64,000 nt of DNA, from contig OZ024742.1 of the NCBI GenBank assembly GCA_964016885.1, positions 199,578,001 through 199,642,000 on the forward strand, read 5' to 3'. The notes under the pieces were generated by a model that saw only the letters and a program-made list of their open reading frames with translations, was not told where the DNA came from and searched no databases. Both the position numbers and the translations under genes were made by a program. The stretch is from Eledone cirrhosa. Lineage: Eukaryota. Every line of letters begins with the position of its first letter. The stretch's first letter is position 1. Below, piece after piece: positions 43,545 to 59,079 of the stretch.

Positions 43545-43975
43545 AGCTTTGATCAATGACATTACACACGTGACCATCTGGTGTTGAATGTTGTTGTTAT
43601 GGTTGGTTAGCAACAGGTCAGTCTTCGTAAAGCAGACCTTTCATCAAAGACGTTACAGCCGTGACCATCTGGTGCTGAATGTCATTGAATGTTGTTGTTA
43701 TGGTTGGTTAGCAACAGGTCAGTCTTCGTAAAGCAGACCTTTCATCAAAGACGTTACAGCCGTGACCATCTGGTGCTGAATGTCATTGAATGTTGTTGTT
43801 AAGGTTGTTTAGCAACAGGTCAGTCTTCGTAAAGCAGACCTTTCATCAAAGACGTTACAGCCGTGACCATCTGGTGCTGAATGTCATTGAATGTTGTTGT
43901 TAAGGTTGGTTAGCAACAGGTCCGTCCTAACAAAACAGACTTTTGATAAAAAAATGTTCCAGCTGTGGCTACCCG
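43545..43975. repeat. 101-bp tandem repeat, about 4 copies
   Basis: gtgaccatctggtg occurs at 43570, 43661, 43762 and 43863. Confidence 0.9.
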
Positions 43976-44004
43976 CCACGTGTTTTCAGACGCTGTATAT
44001 CTAG

Positions 44005-44178
44005 AGCTGTGGTTCTCAAAGTGGGTTCCACAGAACCTAAGGGTTCTGCAAGGGAGTGTCTGGAGTTCCGGGAAAAAATTAGAGGAGTATATTTATATTA
44101 TGACCATATAACAGTATTCTCCCAAAAGTTTCTGAACCAAAAATGGTTTCGTGTTTGAAAAAGTTTGGGAAAACCTGA
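44005..44178. mobile_element. hAT-like MITE remnant
   Basis: ctgtggttctcaaagtggg ... aaagtttgggaaaacctg termini resemble hAT/Charlie MITE ends. Confidence 0.45.
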
Positions 44179-44658
44179 GAATATAGCTGTCCAGTGTTTG
44201 ATACCATCTTTTTCTAGTTTGTTTAATTCCTTCCTGGTCTTTGCCATTCCCGGTCAAATTGGTCTGATACCTTCCCACGTTTCATATATTAACAAATTAT
44301 TGATGCGAATAACGGAGAATTGACTTTTAGACTTTTTCCTTGACCTTTCCGCCTTTTCCACACCCAGACTCGCTTCCCCATTATAAATTGATGAAAGGTT
44401 AAAAGGTTGAATTCTTAAAAGTTTATTGAAAAATTTAGGTCGTACAACTGATCAGGTCACTGTTTGTCTGACATTTTGATAAATTTTTCTTATTTTAGAA
44501 AATTGTCTTCTCAGACTAATGAAACCTTCTTATGAAATTAAATAAGTTTATTCCTGCAAAAATAAGTTTATTTCTGCAAAAATAAAGGAAAAAAATTAAT
44601 ATAAAAACTTGTTCAAGATCCATTAAAATATAATATAATTTATATTTTTTATGTATTA

Positions 44659-45607
<949 letters not shown>

Positions 45608-47227
45608 TAATCTAATCTGTGACTCGAGTATTTAATGATTATTTTTGCCTCACCGAAGAAAACTAAAAACCCTTATAGGAAGCAATGCCGTTATAATGAC
45701 ACATCGTATTTAACAAGAACAATCACAGGATATGTGATAAGCAGCACACAGTTATTAATACATCGCTGTATATTAAATGGAGGTCAACTTTGCCTTTCAT
45801 TCATTGAAAGTCGATAAAAAAGTACCAGTCTAGTGCTTGAGTCGATTCTTCCTCAATATCTCTTTCTCACTACCATTCTCTCACTTTCTCTATCATCTGG
45901 AAGAAATCTGCTGTATTCAGATCTGGTGAGGAAATAGGCTCCGCCAGATTTTAAAATGGAAAACGCCGTATGTCTATACGGCACCCCTACGACTTCCTCA
46001 GGAGTTACGGGGCTTAAAGATAAAGAAGTATTTTAAATGACTATAGCGTTTAATATGAACATGCGAGGAAGTGAAAAAGTAAAAAAATAAACGAGAAAAT
46101 AAGGAGTTATGATCGAATCTGCTAAACATGCCTTCCAAAATAAAATAGAAAATAAAGATGAATATTTAGATTTGATACCAGAAATTATACTCAAGATTAC
46201 AAGACTAATATAAGAAGATATTTAGTAAAACATATAGTAAACATAGCTAGTGCTTAGAAAGTATTATTTGATAATATATTCATAAATATCTGGAATATTA
46301 CGAGCACTATAAAAATTTACAGGTACATAGGAGATAATTACAATAAAAATTATAGCTAACAAGATTATTATTATGAATTAATATATTTACTCCAAAAACA
46401 CTAATTATATTAATTAAAGGTATAAATACTAAGATTAATATTATTTCACACCATTACTCATGCCAGAACCATTGTAGGAATGTGCAAAGCTGCTTGTAGG
46501 TTATAAACCAGTATAAAATTAATGTATAGAGAGTTTAATTATGTTAATCAAAACATATGGAATATTACAGACTCTATTAAAAATTACTGGAAGGTCGGAA
46601 ATAGTTGTAATAAATTATTTTTAACAAATTATTATGCATAAAATATTTAATATAAAGAGAAATTTAACGTTATTATGTAAATCAAACGTATAATTTCTAA
46701 AGTTAATAATTATTTTATAACCATTTCTCCTACAAGACTGATAGTATATATATAATGTAAGAATGTGTAATGTCGTTAGTAGAGTTATTACCATGTTTGA
46801 TCATAGCTAATGCACAGAAAGATTAATGTTGTTACCTTATAGCGTTAACAATAGAGTTTTATACTTTTGATGAACGTAAGTTAAATTTTGTCTTTTTATT
46901 AACTATATTAATGCTTAATAATAATTTGTTAACAATAAATAATTTATTAATATTTTATTATTTACCTCAAATATTCTTATAATTTTTAATGGAGTTTGTA
47001 TTCTTTAACAGATTTTGATTAACTGGTTGATAATCTACTCGAGGTTTTGCACATATATATTTGAACATATTGTATATGTACAATGTTTTTGACATAAGTA
47101 ATGATTTAAAATATACACTAACCTTAGTATTTATAACTACTATCAATATAATTAAAGTGTAGTTCGAACAAAATAACTAGAAAACAAAACCCAGAACGAA
47201 ACAATATTGTTATCAATAATATCAATA

Positions 47228-47409
47228 CAAGGGTCGGCTGAAAAATTCATAGGATGGCTATGAAGGAGTGATGCTACAGCTGTGAAATTTTGCATGCATT
47301 AATTTCAACTTTTCTCATTGATAAATACATTGTTTCTTTCCAGGGACTATGTTTAAAAATAAACCTTATTTGGTCATTCCATGAAAGTATCTTAGTCAGC
47401 CATCCCTCG
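47228..47409. mobile_element. Mariner-like MITE
   Basis: TA|caagggtcggctga ... tcagccatccctcg|TA. Confidence 0.6.
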
Positions 47410-48002
47410 TATAATCTCGTTTTACGGGTTTGAGTGAAGGCAGGTGATTTAGTATTTAGGAAGCTAGGCTCATGATCGGAAGATCGTGTGTCTGATTCCT
47501 GGACCAGGAGGGACGTTGTATCATTGAACAAGAAACTTTATTTCACGTTGTTCCAGTCCACTCAACTGGAATAAATGAATTGCGACATCACTGGTGCTAA
47601 ACTGTATCGACATTTACCTTTCCCATGAACAACATCAATGGCATGAAGAGGAGAGACTGGCATACATGGTGACTACTGGTCTTCCGCAAAACACTTTCTC
47701 CAGGCTTGTATCTCGGAGAGGAACTTTATAGATGCAAACCCATGATCAATCATGACCGAGTGGAGTTTGTCCTGTGTCCTATCATGTATATCTTTGGGTG
47801 ATAAACATGCTAAACACGCACTGAATGAAGGACTCATATACAGTATATATAGAAAATATATTTGTTTTGCCAACATTACTGGCTTATATAAGCCAGTAAT
47901 GTTGGCAAAACTTTGAAGTAAACGGTTATCATTGATAACAAATTTCAATGATACCACTGAAAAAGAAAATGGGGGTGGGTGTATTAAAAGGTTATATCTT
48001 AC

Positions 48003-48399
48003 CTTCCATAATGGTGAGGGCTTGTTTTAAAGCATGATCCGGGTCTGCACAAGTGTCCCGTACATATAATCCTAATTTGATGCCCGGTAGTAAAGATGTA
48101 TGAATATTTATCATTTCTACTGTAAACAGTAGAGCTTCCAGTTCTAACATAGATGTATGAGATAGATTTCCGCAAACGCCATTCCGCCCGCCATTGTGTA
48201 TTTGCATTAATGCTCCAAAATATATATCACCCGAAACAATGATGAAGTTTCTACGGACTGCAAAATCACTCATGTATCTTGAATTCGAGCTACGCTTCCT
48301 GTTTCTGTTTTTCCGTCTTTTCCCGTTGACCAACGATGCAATAATAGCCAACGCAATCACAATCAACAGAAAGGCATTTCGCCATTTTGTATGCCTCAT
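48003..48399 (-). CDS. mGluR-like class C GPCR, coding exon 1 (signal peptide and start of Venus-flytrap domain)
   Basis: ATG at 48399 follows the acceptor tttgcag|ATA (exon starts 48455). Hydrophobic signal, then GDIYFGALMQIH, LEALLFTVEMIN and LLPGIKLGLYVRDTC. Donor GAA G|gtaaga, phase 1. Confidence 0.93.
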
Positions 48400-49700
48400 T
48401 CTGTAGCTGTCATATATTAGAAAAGCACAAAAGGATTTTGTGCAGATTCCAATATCTGCAAATATATAAGACGACAAATGAATAAACATGAATAAAAAGA
48501 GAATGAAGATTAACAACAAATCATATAAGATGGCTGAAAGCTGTACAAGGATTCAGAAACACAAATAAGAAGAAAGAAATCAGGCTATGAGATGTCAGAT
48601 CTCTGTTATTTAATACAGTTATAGCTTTTCACAACGACTTTTGTCTATGCTATTACGTTTAATTTAATTTCATTTCATTTTATTTTATTTTATATTTACT
48701 GTTTAGTCAATGAACAGAGGACAGCCACTCGACTCTTTTCATGGTCTCCAAGATTATTGGAAGGAATAAAGGAATATATCCCTAAACTGGAGTATTAGTT
48801 CGAATGCTTACAATAGAGTGGACTTCGCTAAAGGTTCCCAAAGTCCCAGTGATGGTGTTAAACTGGGCGACAGATTAAGTTTAGCACAAAAAATACTCAG
48901 AATGCAAATAGTTTTAAGAAACACCAAATGTGCTCTATTTCTCTGTCCTTCTCTGTCATCCTGTGTCTGTCTGTCAGTCTGTCAGTCTGTCAGTCTGTCA
49001 GTCTGCCAGTCTGCCAGTCTGTCACCTCCCTCTTTTTATTTCTCTCTTTCACTCTGTCTACCATATCTAAAGAATAAGCAGAGTTTTTTTTCATGTTAAT
49101 ATTGTAATTATTGAAAAAGACTCAAAAAGATCAACAAGAACAACAACAACACAGACGACAATAACAACATTAAAAACCAAAGCAATAAATAACAACAACA
49201 ACAACCACCACCACAAAATCAACAACCAAAACATCAACAGCCACAATAACTACCACTACTATCACAACAAAAACCAAATATTGAAGTTGTTGATGCATCT
49301 ATATGTTGATGCGTCTATATGTTGATATATGTTGATATATTTTAGTCTTCACATTTATTATTATTACTATATATATATATATATATATATATAAATACAT
49401 TATCGGAGAAAGCTAATAGCGATACTCCGGCCAAATCCCAACTCACTCAACAAACATTAGGAAATAAGTAAGTATATTCCTAATTAAACGTTCGGGGTGC
49501 TAACTAATTGTATTGTGTGGAAAATTGGCTGTATTATTTCATATGAGATATATCAAATATATCTCTTCCCAGACGGACGTCTCGTTTCATTATAAGATTC
49601 CTACAAGTTGAGTGAAATTATACCAATTTATGTAGAAGCTTGATCAACAGATACTTATTCAGTGGGTGCCCAATAACATTAATATTGATAGTCAAATCAA

Positions 49701-49758
<58 letters not shown>

Positions 49759-50148
49759 TATAAATTAAAGTATAGAAATTGTTGTGAGCGTGAAGCCAAC
49801 AGTATTTCATAATATATAAGTGACTATAACGTCAAAATGGAAAAATAGTTAACGTAAGATGTGGGAAAATAATTCAAACTCAATTAAAAAAAAAATCAAG
49901 ACATAGATTTATCCATAGAATTTTGTGAAATCCAGGGAGAAACCAATAGAGCCTTAACTGAGAATAAAATAAAGTTTAAATACTCATCCTTCAATTCGGA
50001 AAAACTACAAATGCTCTGTATAGTCTTAAAAAGACTATTTCGCGAAACTTTCAATATATATATATTGCTTTCATATACTGTACCGATTGTGTTATTTCTG
50101 TTTACTTTTTACACACACATATATACATACATACATACATACATACAT

Positions 50149-50227
<79 letters not shown>

Positions 50228-50230
<3 letters not shown>

Positions 50231-51479
50231 GGGTTGGACAAAATAATGGAAACATTTTAAAATTTCAAACAAATTTATTTTAATATGGAGTAGGACAGCC
50301 TTTGGCAGTAATTACAGCTTGAATTCGTACAAAGTTTGAATTGTTTCCAAAGGAATTTTTGTTCATTCTTCAGCTAAAACAGTCTCCAGTTCTTGTAGTG
50401 ATGATGGTGGGGGATATCGACTCCTTACTTGTTTTTCTAAAATGCACCATAAATGTTCTATAATATTGAGATCTGGGGACTGTGGTGACCAGATAAGATG
50501 TTCAACTTCACTAGAATGTTCCTCGTGTCATTCAGTAACAACTTTAACTGTGTGAATTGGTGCATTATCGTCCTGGAAGATTGCGTTTCCCTCCGGAAAC
50601 AGTTCCACAACCATAGGATCAGATAAAATGCTTAAATAGTCTTGACTATTAATTCTGCCATGAAGGGAAACCATTGGACCGGCGGATTTCCAAGATATAG
50701 CCCCCCTGATCATCACAGATCCTCCTCCATGTTTAACGGTTGGAAGAAGGCAGTCTGGGTCAAATGCTTCTTTTGGCTGTCTCCACATGTATACTCAGCC
50801 GGTGGTCGGAAATAAGGTAAAGGATGACTCGTCCGAGAAAATAACATTGTCCCACTGCTCTAGGGACCAATTCTGTAGGTTTTTACTCCACTCTAAATGC
50901 TTTGCAACGTTTGTTTTTGAAAGTAGTGGTTTTCTGATTGCAGCCCCCCCCCCACCCCCCCCCCCCCGTGAAATCCGGCTTTGTGTAGCTCCCGGCGAAC
51001 AGTTTTTGTGGAAACTGGGTTCTCGAGGTGGTCATTAAGCTCTGCAGTAATTTTGGGAGCTGTAATTTCTAACAATTCGCGTAAGAGTCCGACTGTCTCT
51101 ATCTGAAAGTTTTGGTTTTCTTCCGGAGTTTTGTTTCGACGAGGAGGTTGTTCCCTCTTTCTCAAAGGATGTCATTACTTTGGAGACTACTTCTTGATAC
51201 ACCAAACATTTCGGCTGTTTTCGTTACGCTAGCGCCTGCCATACGAGCACCAACAATTTGACCTCTTTGAAAGTCCGATAGATCTGTCATTTTAATGAAT
51301 TTAATTACCTTTTTCTGATGATATCTGAAGACAAACAGCAATTTTAACAAAACATATTAAGCAACACTAATAATAAATAAAAAAAACATAAAAATAAACA
51401 AGCTTTTGACGGTTTTATAGATATTTCAAAATTATGATGCTATGATGCTAGGTGTTTCCATTATTTTGTCCAACCCCTG
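50228..51479 (-). mobile_element. Tc1-family DNA transposon with disrupted transposase (about 51290 to 50280)
   Basis: 27-bp TIR caggggttggacaaaataatggaaaca with a TA target. MTDLSDFQRGQIVGAR, FSDES, TVKHGGGSVMI, FQDDNAP, SPDLNIIE and KGCPTPY, with several frameshifts. Confidence 0.95.
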
Positions 51480-51665
51480 TATATATATATATATATACAC
51501 ACACACATATACATATATAAATATATATTTGTTTTGCAAAGTTTTTTATATGAAACCGTGTGTCGAAACAAATATTGTTATACTTGGGGAGGGTGTATAT
51601 ATATATATATATATACAGAGAGAGAGAGAGAGAGAGGGATATAGGGAGTGAGAGAGAAAAAGACA

Positions 51666-51719
<54 letters not shown>

Positions 51720-51722
<3 letters not shown>

Positions 51723-51960
51723 AGAATATTTCACTGTAACCTTGACTATATAATACAATAGTGTAACAATAACGGGGCGTATAAACCCACTGAAGGGGAA
51801 GAGATGGATATCAGCACTCGCTGATATCTATCTTTTCCTGTTCAGTGGGTTTATACGCCCCGTTATTGTTACAGTATTTAATTTAATCAAAGTTACGGCG
51901 AAATCTTCTAATTCTCTTTTTAAATTACACTCGGCGTTTTCTAAAATACACGTGCCATAT
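51720..51960. mobile_element. Foldback mini-insert (core arms 51762-51873)
   Basis: tgtaacaataacggggcgtataaacccactgaa...gatatcagc is inverted around a 4-nt loop. Confidence 0.75.
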
Positions 51961-51961
51961 A

Positions 51962-53105
51962 TCTAATATATATTTGTGAAATGGGCGGTGGTTGAAATTC
52001 AAATGTGCACGGTTAAATGGTAGTAGACGTGGTCGGACTGACATGAAAATTTACACACCTATGTAAAAAGTGCCAAGGAAGCAAATAGACGAGGTTTCAA
52101 ATCTCTAACTTGAAAAATGTGGTCCCTGGGGCCTCAAAACTATCGCGTTCGATGAGTTATTTCCCTCTGTTCTAATACTTTTGTCTTATTTACAATTTCA
52201 TCATCCTTCTACATTTAACGATCATACAGTACCGTTTTATGAAATCGATTCTGCAGTACGGTCACTGTTTTCCATCAAAAGAAATAAAACCCTCGGCGAT
52301 ACTTCGTTTTAGTGTCCTAAATTATCATCATCGACATTCAATTATTAGCTCCACCCACTACACGATACGTCACGAAGGTAAATGTTTCGAAAAAATTTTA
52401 AACTGTATATCGCAACAATATATTGTTTAAAGAAATTTTTTTCTGTTGTTAAAAACTGTAAATCTGTTAAAAAAAAAATGTATTTCGCAGCAATTTTTTT
52501 TCTGTTAAAAACTGTAAATAAATATTCATGTAAAAATGAAGCATAGTTTTTCTGTGAAAAACTGTAAATAAATATTTATTTTGTTCAAAAAATAAATAAA
52601 AAATCTAATTTTCTCTGTTAATATTTTAATAAATATTTATTCTAAAAATTCAATGTTTTTTCGTGTAAAAATGAAGCATGTAAGAAAATGAACATGTAAA
52701 AGTCAAGCCGCAGCAGCAGCTGATGACGTGTCGTGACGTATCGTGTAGTGGGTGAAGCTAATAATTGAATGTCGATGATGATAATTTAGGACACTAAAAC
52801 CAAGTATCGCCAAACCCTTATATTGCGAAGAAGGGACGCGTGTTTTTATTTTAATTCTAATACATGTTAACCACCACTAACAGTAAGTAGTATTTTTCAA
52901 ATTGCATATCATCGATATTGCTATTTCGCTGTTAATAAACAACGCTTTTCACGTCGCTCCACTTCTCATTGTACGCCGTCCAGCCCCAAGTGCATATTTC
53001 TATTTTTCCCCTGAAACTGCTTCTTTATAATAAACTTTCAATAATATTTTTCAAATTATTAACTTAATAAGAAGTGGCCCCGGGTGCAACCGGACTCAGC
53101 TGCTA

Positions 53106-53106
<1 letters not shown>
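51962..53106 (+). mobile_element. Non-autonomous Helitron with internal ~80-bp inverted repeats
   Basis: A|TCTAATATATA start and ccgggtgcaaccgg..CTAG|T end. 52295-52375 is inverted at 52731-52811. Confidence 0.65.
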
Positions 53107-53155
<49 letters not shown>

Positions 53156-53232
53156 GTTATTGCGGGTTGAATCGGAGGTAACCACAGTAAGTAAGGTACT
53201 CAATGCATTGCAGAGTATACAAGTTTTAATAT

Positions 53233-53283
53233 AGATTCCTGATGATTTCTAAAGAATGAAACAGTTCTAGTCCTGTAGAATCT
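53233..53283 (+). ncRNA. Type I hammerhead ribozyme motif with full stem III
   Basis: AGATTC-CTGATGA-TTTC-TAAA-GAAT-GAAA-CAG-TTCTAGTC-CTG-TA-GAATCT. 6-bp stem I, 4-bp stem III and a GUA triplet. Confidence 0.82.
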
Positions 53284-53291
53284 CATCTATA

Positions 53292-53330
<39 letters not shown>

Positions 53331-53336
<6 letters not shown>

Positions 53337-54220
53337 TTGTAGTTCCTGTCTATTTGTTTGTTTTTTCACGAACCCCTCCTATGGTTTTGGAGATTGATCG
53401 CCATAACTATATATACTCTGAAACTACATTGCCTAGGGTACTTGGATAAGTATATTTCATTTTAATCAAAGGGTTTCCAGGGGCACACCTCCCGCTGAAA
53501 ATTGTTTCCCTGCGATTGATATGAAATTTACACCATAGGTAAATGACAAGATATGATGCCTATTCACAAAATTTCAGCAAATTTCAATCATATTAAGACA
53601 CCCTAATGGGGGTTAAATCCCCTACAGTGAAATTTTAGAAGCCCATAACTTGAGTATTGGAACCTCTATTATCACGGGGTTTTTCTATTAGTTAAACGTA
53701 AATCAACAAAAAACATCCCTCTTTTATAGTAAAATTTGGCTAATTTAGACATTTTATCTATGGCAAAACATCACTATAATTATGACAATAAAATCTTTAC
53801 ATTTTAGCCAATCAAAGAAAGACAAGAAATGTTGTTTACCCTGAAGTTCTTCATTAAGACAAAGTATGAAATATATTTTCATGTATTTCTTATGTTAAAA
53901 AATAAATAATTAAACTTTGAATTTCTAATTTGAAAAATAATGCTTTACACAAAAATGAAATGATCAGGTTTTGAATTGATATTTTGAAAAAAAAATTATT
54001 TACAAGAAACAAAATAAGAATAAGATTTAATAATGTAATTTTGATTTGATATATTACAAAAAATAATGTTTTCCAATTTTTCATGCATTACATTTTACAT
54101 TGAGTAATATTGAAATGCAGAGTTTTTCTCCATAAATTGTATTACTGATTTAAAATCAATCATCATTTTCTTACAAAAAAAAATGTCTGAAACACAGCAA
54201 GGCGCGGGTAATTCGGCTAG
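53331..54220 (+). mobile_element. Non-autonomous Helitron-like element (5' end uncertain)
   Basis: Ends acagcaaggcgcgggtaattcggCTAG|T, with tgtttgtttg subterminal repeats near the 5' end. Confidence 0.55.
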
Positions 54221-54849
54221 TATATATATATATAATTGTTTCTATGAAGGGTAATCACCCAGAAACATTATGTCTGCTGTTCTGTTTATTATTATATATA
54301 TATGCACACAAACACATACACACATATATATATATAAGTCTAAAGTCTGTCTTAAGCCAGAAAGCTCATTTGGCCGGTGCTTATCCCGGTTTCGTGGCGT
54401 GAAGTGACTGAGAGTACAATACACCCCCCTGGACAGGACGCCAGTCCATCGCAGGATTAAACCCCCAGCTATTGCTGGTACTCATTTTTAGCTGAGTATA
54501 CTAGAGCAACGTCAAATGATGTATTTTGCTAAGAACACAACACGCAATCCAGGAATCGAACCCACGACATTATGATCGTAAGTCCAACACCCTTACCACT
54601 AGGTCACGTCTCTCCAGAAGGCTCAAGGATTTCATACATTTTCCAATATATATATATATATATACACAAACACACTCACTCACACACACACACTCACTCA
54701 CACACACACAGACACACACACACACACCACACACGCATATATATATATATATATATGTGTGTGTGTATGTGTGTGTGTGTATGTGCGTGTGTGTGTGTGT
54801 GCGTGTGTATGTATATATATATATATATTGGAAAATGTGTGAAATCCTT

Positions 54850-55266
54850 GGTACAGTTAGAACTTCAAACCCTCGTAAAATAGAGACAAACACCTGGAAG
54901 AATACCTAACCTGCCTCCGACAAGCGGCACAGTAAAATATTGCAGAGACGAAACACAAACGCAACATTCCTACAGACCAACTGCAAGCACTAAACAAGCT
55001 ACAAAAAGACCCCTCAATAATCATAAAAGAAGCTGACAAAGGTGGAGCAATCGTCATCACGGACAAAAACCACTACAAGGATATGATCCTAGAACAGTTG
55101 AACGACGAGGTTTTTTTATAGGAAAATCAGCAAAAGCAAAGAAAAAAAATCGATGAATCAAGTAGGGAAACTGACGGCAAAGTACCAAAATAACCTCACG
55201 CTAAAGGAAATCAATTACTTAACCAACTTCGAAATGAAAACCAGCAATTTTTATGGATTGCCGAAT
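54850..55266 (+). pseudogene. PLE RT N-terminal fragment
   Basis: Translated by hand: NIPTDQLQALNKLQKDPSIIIKEADKGGAIVITDKNHY ... NFYGLP. The ADKG and FYGLP motifs are typical of PLEs. Confidence 0.8.
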
Positions 55267-55452
55267 TAAATCTGCACAACCAAATTGTAAAATTATTTAG
55301 AACTACAAGTGAAGTAATTCTTTTCCCTTTTTTAATATATATATATGTCGGGGTCCTCACTCTTTTCCTATTACCCACTCTACCACCCTAAGTATCGAGT
55401 ACTCTGGTGGGTTATGGTCTACCTGGTTTCTTACCACACCTTCTTTGTACAT

Positions 55453-55566
<114 letters not shown>

Positions 55567-55779
55567 TAGAAAGTGAGGTTTTTTTACAAAATGAAAAATA
55601 ACCGGTGTCCTACACGAGTGAAAGTATAAAGAAAAAAAGATGAAATCGAAAATGCAATTGGAGTCTTGTTTTTAAAAAAATATATATATTTATTTGGTTC
55701 CTTTACCGGTTTCGCAGTTCTTCTGCTTTTCCAAAGTAGAGTTAAAAAAATAAGACTCCAGTTGCATTTTCGATTTCAT

Positions 55780-55916
<137 letters not shown>

Positions 55917-55936
55917 CACATACAAACTCACACGCG

Positions 55937-55973
<37 letters not shown>

Positions 55974-56564
55974 TCATCAAGAATTTACAGCTATTCAAAT
56001 CCTTCTCAGATTAAAAGAAAAAAAATTTTAAACAAAAGAAACAAAGTGAAGCTAACACAAAACAAACACACATGTACAGATATACACATACATAAACTCA
56101 TTCACATATTCACACACACATAGACACAGTTGTCATAACATATTTGACAACATTGGCAGTATCGGTAGAGGGTCGGACACCATGCTTTCCAGCATAGTTA
56201 CATCCCTTTACGGTCTGAGTTCAAATCCCGTCGAGGTTAACTTTGCCTTTCATCCTTACGGGGTCGATAAAATAAAGTACCAGTAATGTACTGGGTGATT
56301 GCTGTCCTTGTGCCAAAAGTAGAAACAATTATACTTAACATAACATTACACTTAATATAACAATACACTTGATATAACAATACACTTGATATAAAATACT
56401 TGAGATAACAACATAGTTAACATAACAACATACTTGAGATAACATCATACTTCATATATTAACATAACACTCGACATAACAACACAGTTGATATACCAAC
56501 TTATTTGACATAACAACACTTTATATAACAACATACTTGACATAATATACATCATTGATATACA

Positions 56565-56915
56565 ACACACTAGATATAACACGCCAACACGCCTTACTAA
56601 CATCATATCACACTAGATATAACAAGCCAACACACCTTACTAACATCACAACACACTAGATATAACATGCCAACACACCTTACTAACATCACAACACACT
56701 AGATATAACAAGCCAACACACCTTACTAACATCACAACACACTAGATATAACAAGCCAACACACCTTACTAACATCACAACACACTAGATATAACATGCC
56801 AACACACCTTACTAACATCACAACACACTAGATATAACATGCCAACACGCCTTACTAACATCACAACACACTAGATATAACAAGCCAACACACCTTACTA
56901 ACATCACAACGCACT
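56565..56915. repeat. 43-bp tandem repeat, about 8 copies
   Basis: Unit acacactagatataacaagccaacacaccttactaacatcaca. Confidence 0.92.
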
Positions 56916-57029
56916 TGATAGAACACGCCTAACTGATATCATAACACACGTGATTGAACACACTTGCTTGACGTCACAACACACTTGATAGAACACAGAT
57001 CCTTGACGTAACAATAAACTTGACTTATT

Positions 57030-57400
57030 CTTGTCATATGACATATGCACAATAGATAGAGAGGCAGGGCGAGACCGGCGAGCCAGACCAAGGTGTCATT
57101 GCAGCATTATGGATTGTCTCCAGGCTGCAGGGAAAACGTCTGAGGGGGTAATACCGAAAAACATGCAGTACTGTCTGGTCAGGGTTCTCACAGTCACATG
57201 CGCAGCTGTCTTTCATTTTCCATCGAGGGAGATGATGGGCTGTCCTGGAATGTGTTGTGCGGATATGATTAAGGGACACCAATTGCTTTCTGAGAGGGTC
57301 AATGCCGGGGTTAGATGTGGAGTCCTAGACGAGGTCTTGGTTGGCAAATTTGAACTCATAAACTTGACATAAAAGTACTCTTGACATACTGTATTCTTCT
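57030..57400 (-). mobile_element. LINE 3' fragment with C-terminal CCHC-like knuckle
   Basis: LNHIRTTHSR...W...CACDCENPDQTVLHVFRYYP resembles the LNRIRTGH...C.CG..QT..H...CP end of some non-LTR elements. Confidence 0.6.
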
Positions 57401-59079
57401 GTGTATACCGCGTAGTTTTATTCACTCTTTTCTGTTAGTTTTGGGGTTGCACAGTATACACTATAACTAAACGTTGTACACCAAAACTAGGATTTTACAG
57501 ACATTTTTCTGGTAAAAAAGGGGTGCGTGTTATACACGAATGCGCGCAATACAAGGAAGAATACGGTAATTTATTTGACAAAACCACATACTTGACATTG
57601 CAGCACTCCTGACATAACAATACACTTAACATAACAACACAATATACATAACATTAAAAATGATATAGCACACTTCCTTTATATAACAATGCAGCTAACA
57701 TAACAATACAATTGACACAAAACACTTCCTTGACATAACAATACACTTGATATAAAACACTTCCTTGAGATGACAGACTTGACCTTATAACATACCTAAC
57801 ATGACAACACTTGAGATAACAACAGACATGTCATAATAATGAACTTGACATTATAACATAATTGACATAACATCACATTTAAAATAACAAACTTGTCATC
57901 ACATATGTAACAAAGCACGAAATACCACGCGGTGTCACTTTAATATTGATATGAAATTAAACCTGACATAACATCACATATAACTTTACAGTACAGCTGA
58001 CGAAATATCACAGTAACCCCTACTTGCTAGAAACAGCACCTAAAACTTCTTCAAATTTCATTCTCCATCATGAAAAGCAAAAGGTTACATGCGCCTAAAA
58101 AGACGGGATGGTCAAATTCGGAATACTTTGTTTTTACTGTTTAGTCAGAGAGGGAAGGTTACAGCGCATGGCCCCTTTTCAAGACACCCGAAACTAGTGG
58201 GAGGGCGAGAGGGAAGAAGGGCTCATCAAACCGAAAACTTGATCCGAATATTTACAACAGAATGAACCCCACTAAAGGCACCCAAGTTTCTACGTAGGGG
58301 TATTAAACCAGATAACAGATCAAGTCTAGTCTACTACCAAAGTAAGCCATAATACATTTTGAACTTACAGCGCAAAAAAATGGAATAAATACCGCTAGGC
58401 GCCTGATTTGACATTCTAAAAAATTGCCAACTCAACGCCTCGAGCTGACTATTTTTTGTTTTAGTTTTTCGCACCCCCACCAAGGGTATGAAAAGTAACG
58501 TTGACTTCAGCGGGGTTTGAACTCAGAAATCAGAGAACTGGAACATTTTGAGGTACAATTCCAGTGACACCACTACTTCGCCACCTACGATCACAATTTT
58601 GCTAAATCAGGGTTGATATATATATCAGTTATTACATATATGATATCACATCATTTGAGATGTCATTATAAGCTATGACGTCATAACAGTTGTAACGTTA
58701 TTACATTGTTACGTCATATCAATTGTAATGTTACTAAGTTTATGATGTAACGTTATTATGTTGTAACGTTATTACATCTATGACGTCATATAAGCTGTGA
58801 GGTCATTACATTTATTACATCAGCTGTGATGTTATTACATGTATGATCTCATACCTGTTGTAACTGTACAACTATGACGTCATATTAGTTGTGAGTTTTA
58901 TTTTACATCTGCGACGATATAACAGTTGTAACGTTATTAAAATTATGACGTCACATCAGTTGTGACGTTGTAACATCTTTGTCGTCATACGAATTGCAAT
59001 GGTATAACATGAGTTGTGGCGTTATGACATCTTTGACATCATATCAGTTGTGAAGTTTTTATATTTATGTCACCGCGTT

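Noticed and set aside
48400-48519. First 40 residues of the 175-aa ORF
   Set aside because: They span the splice acceptor at 48456 and the 5' UTR. The signal peptide begins at ATG 48399.
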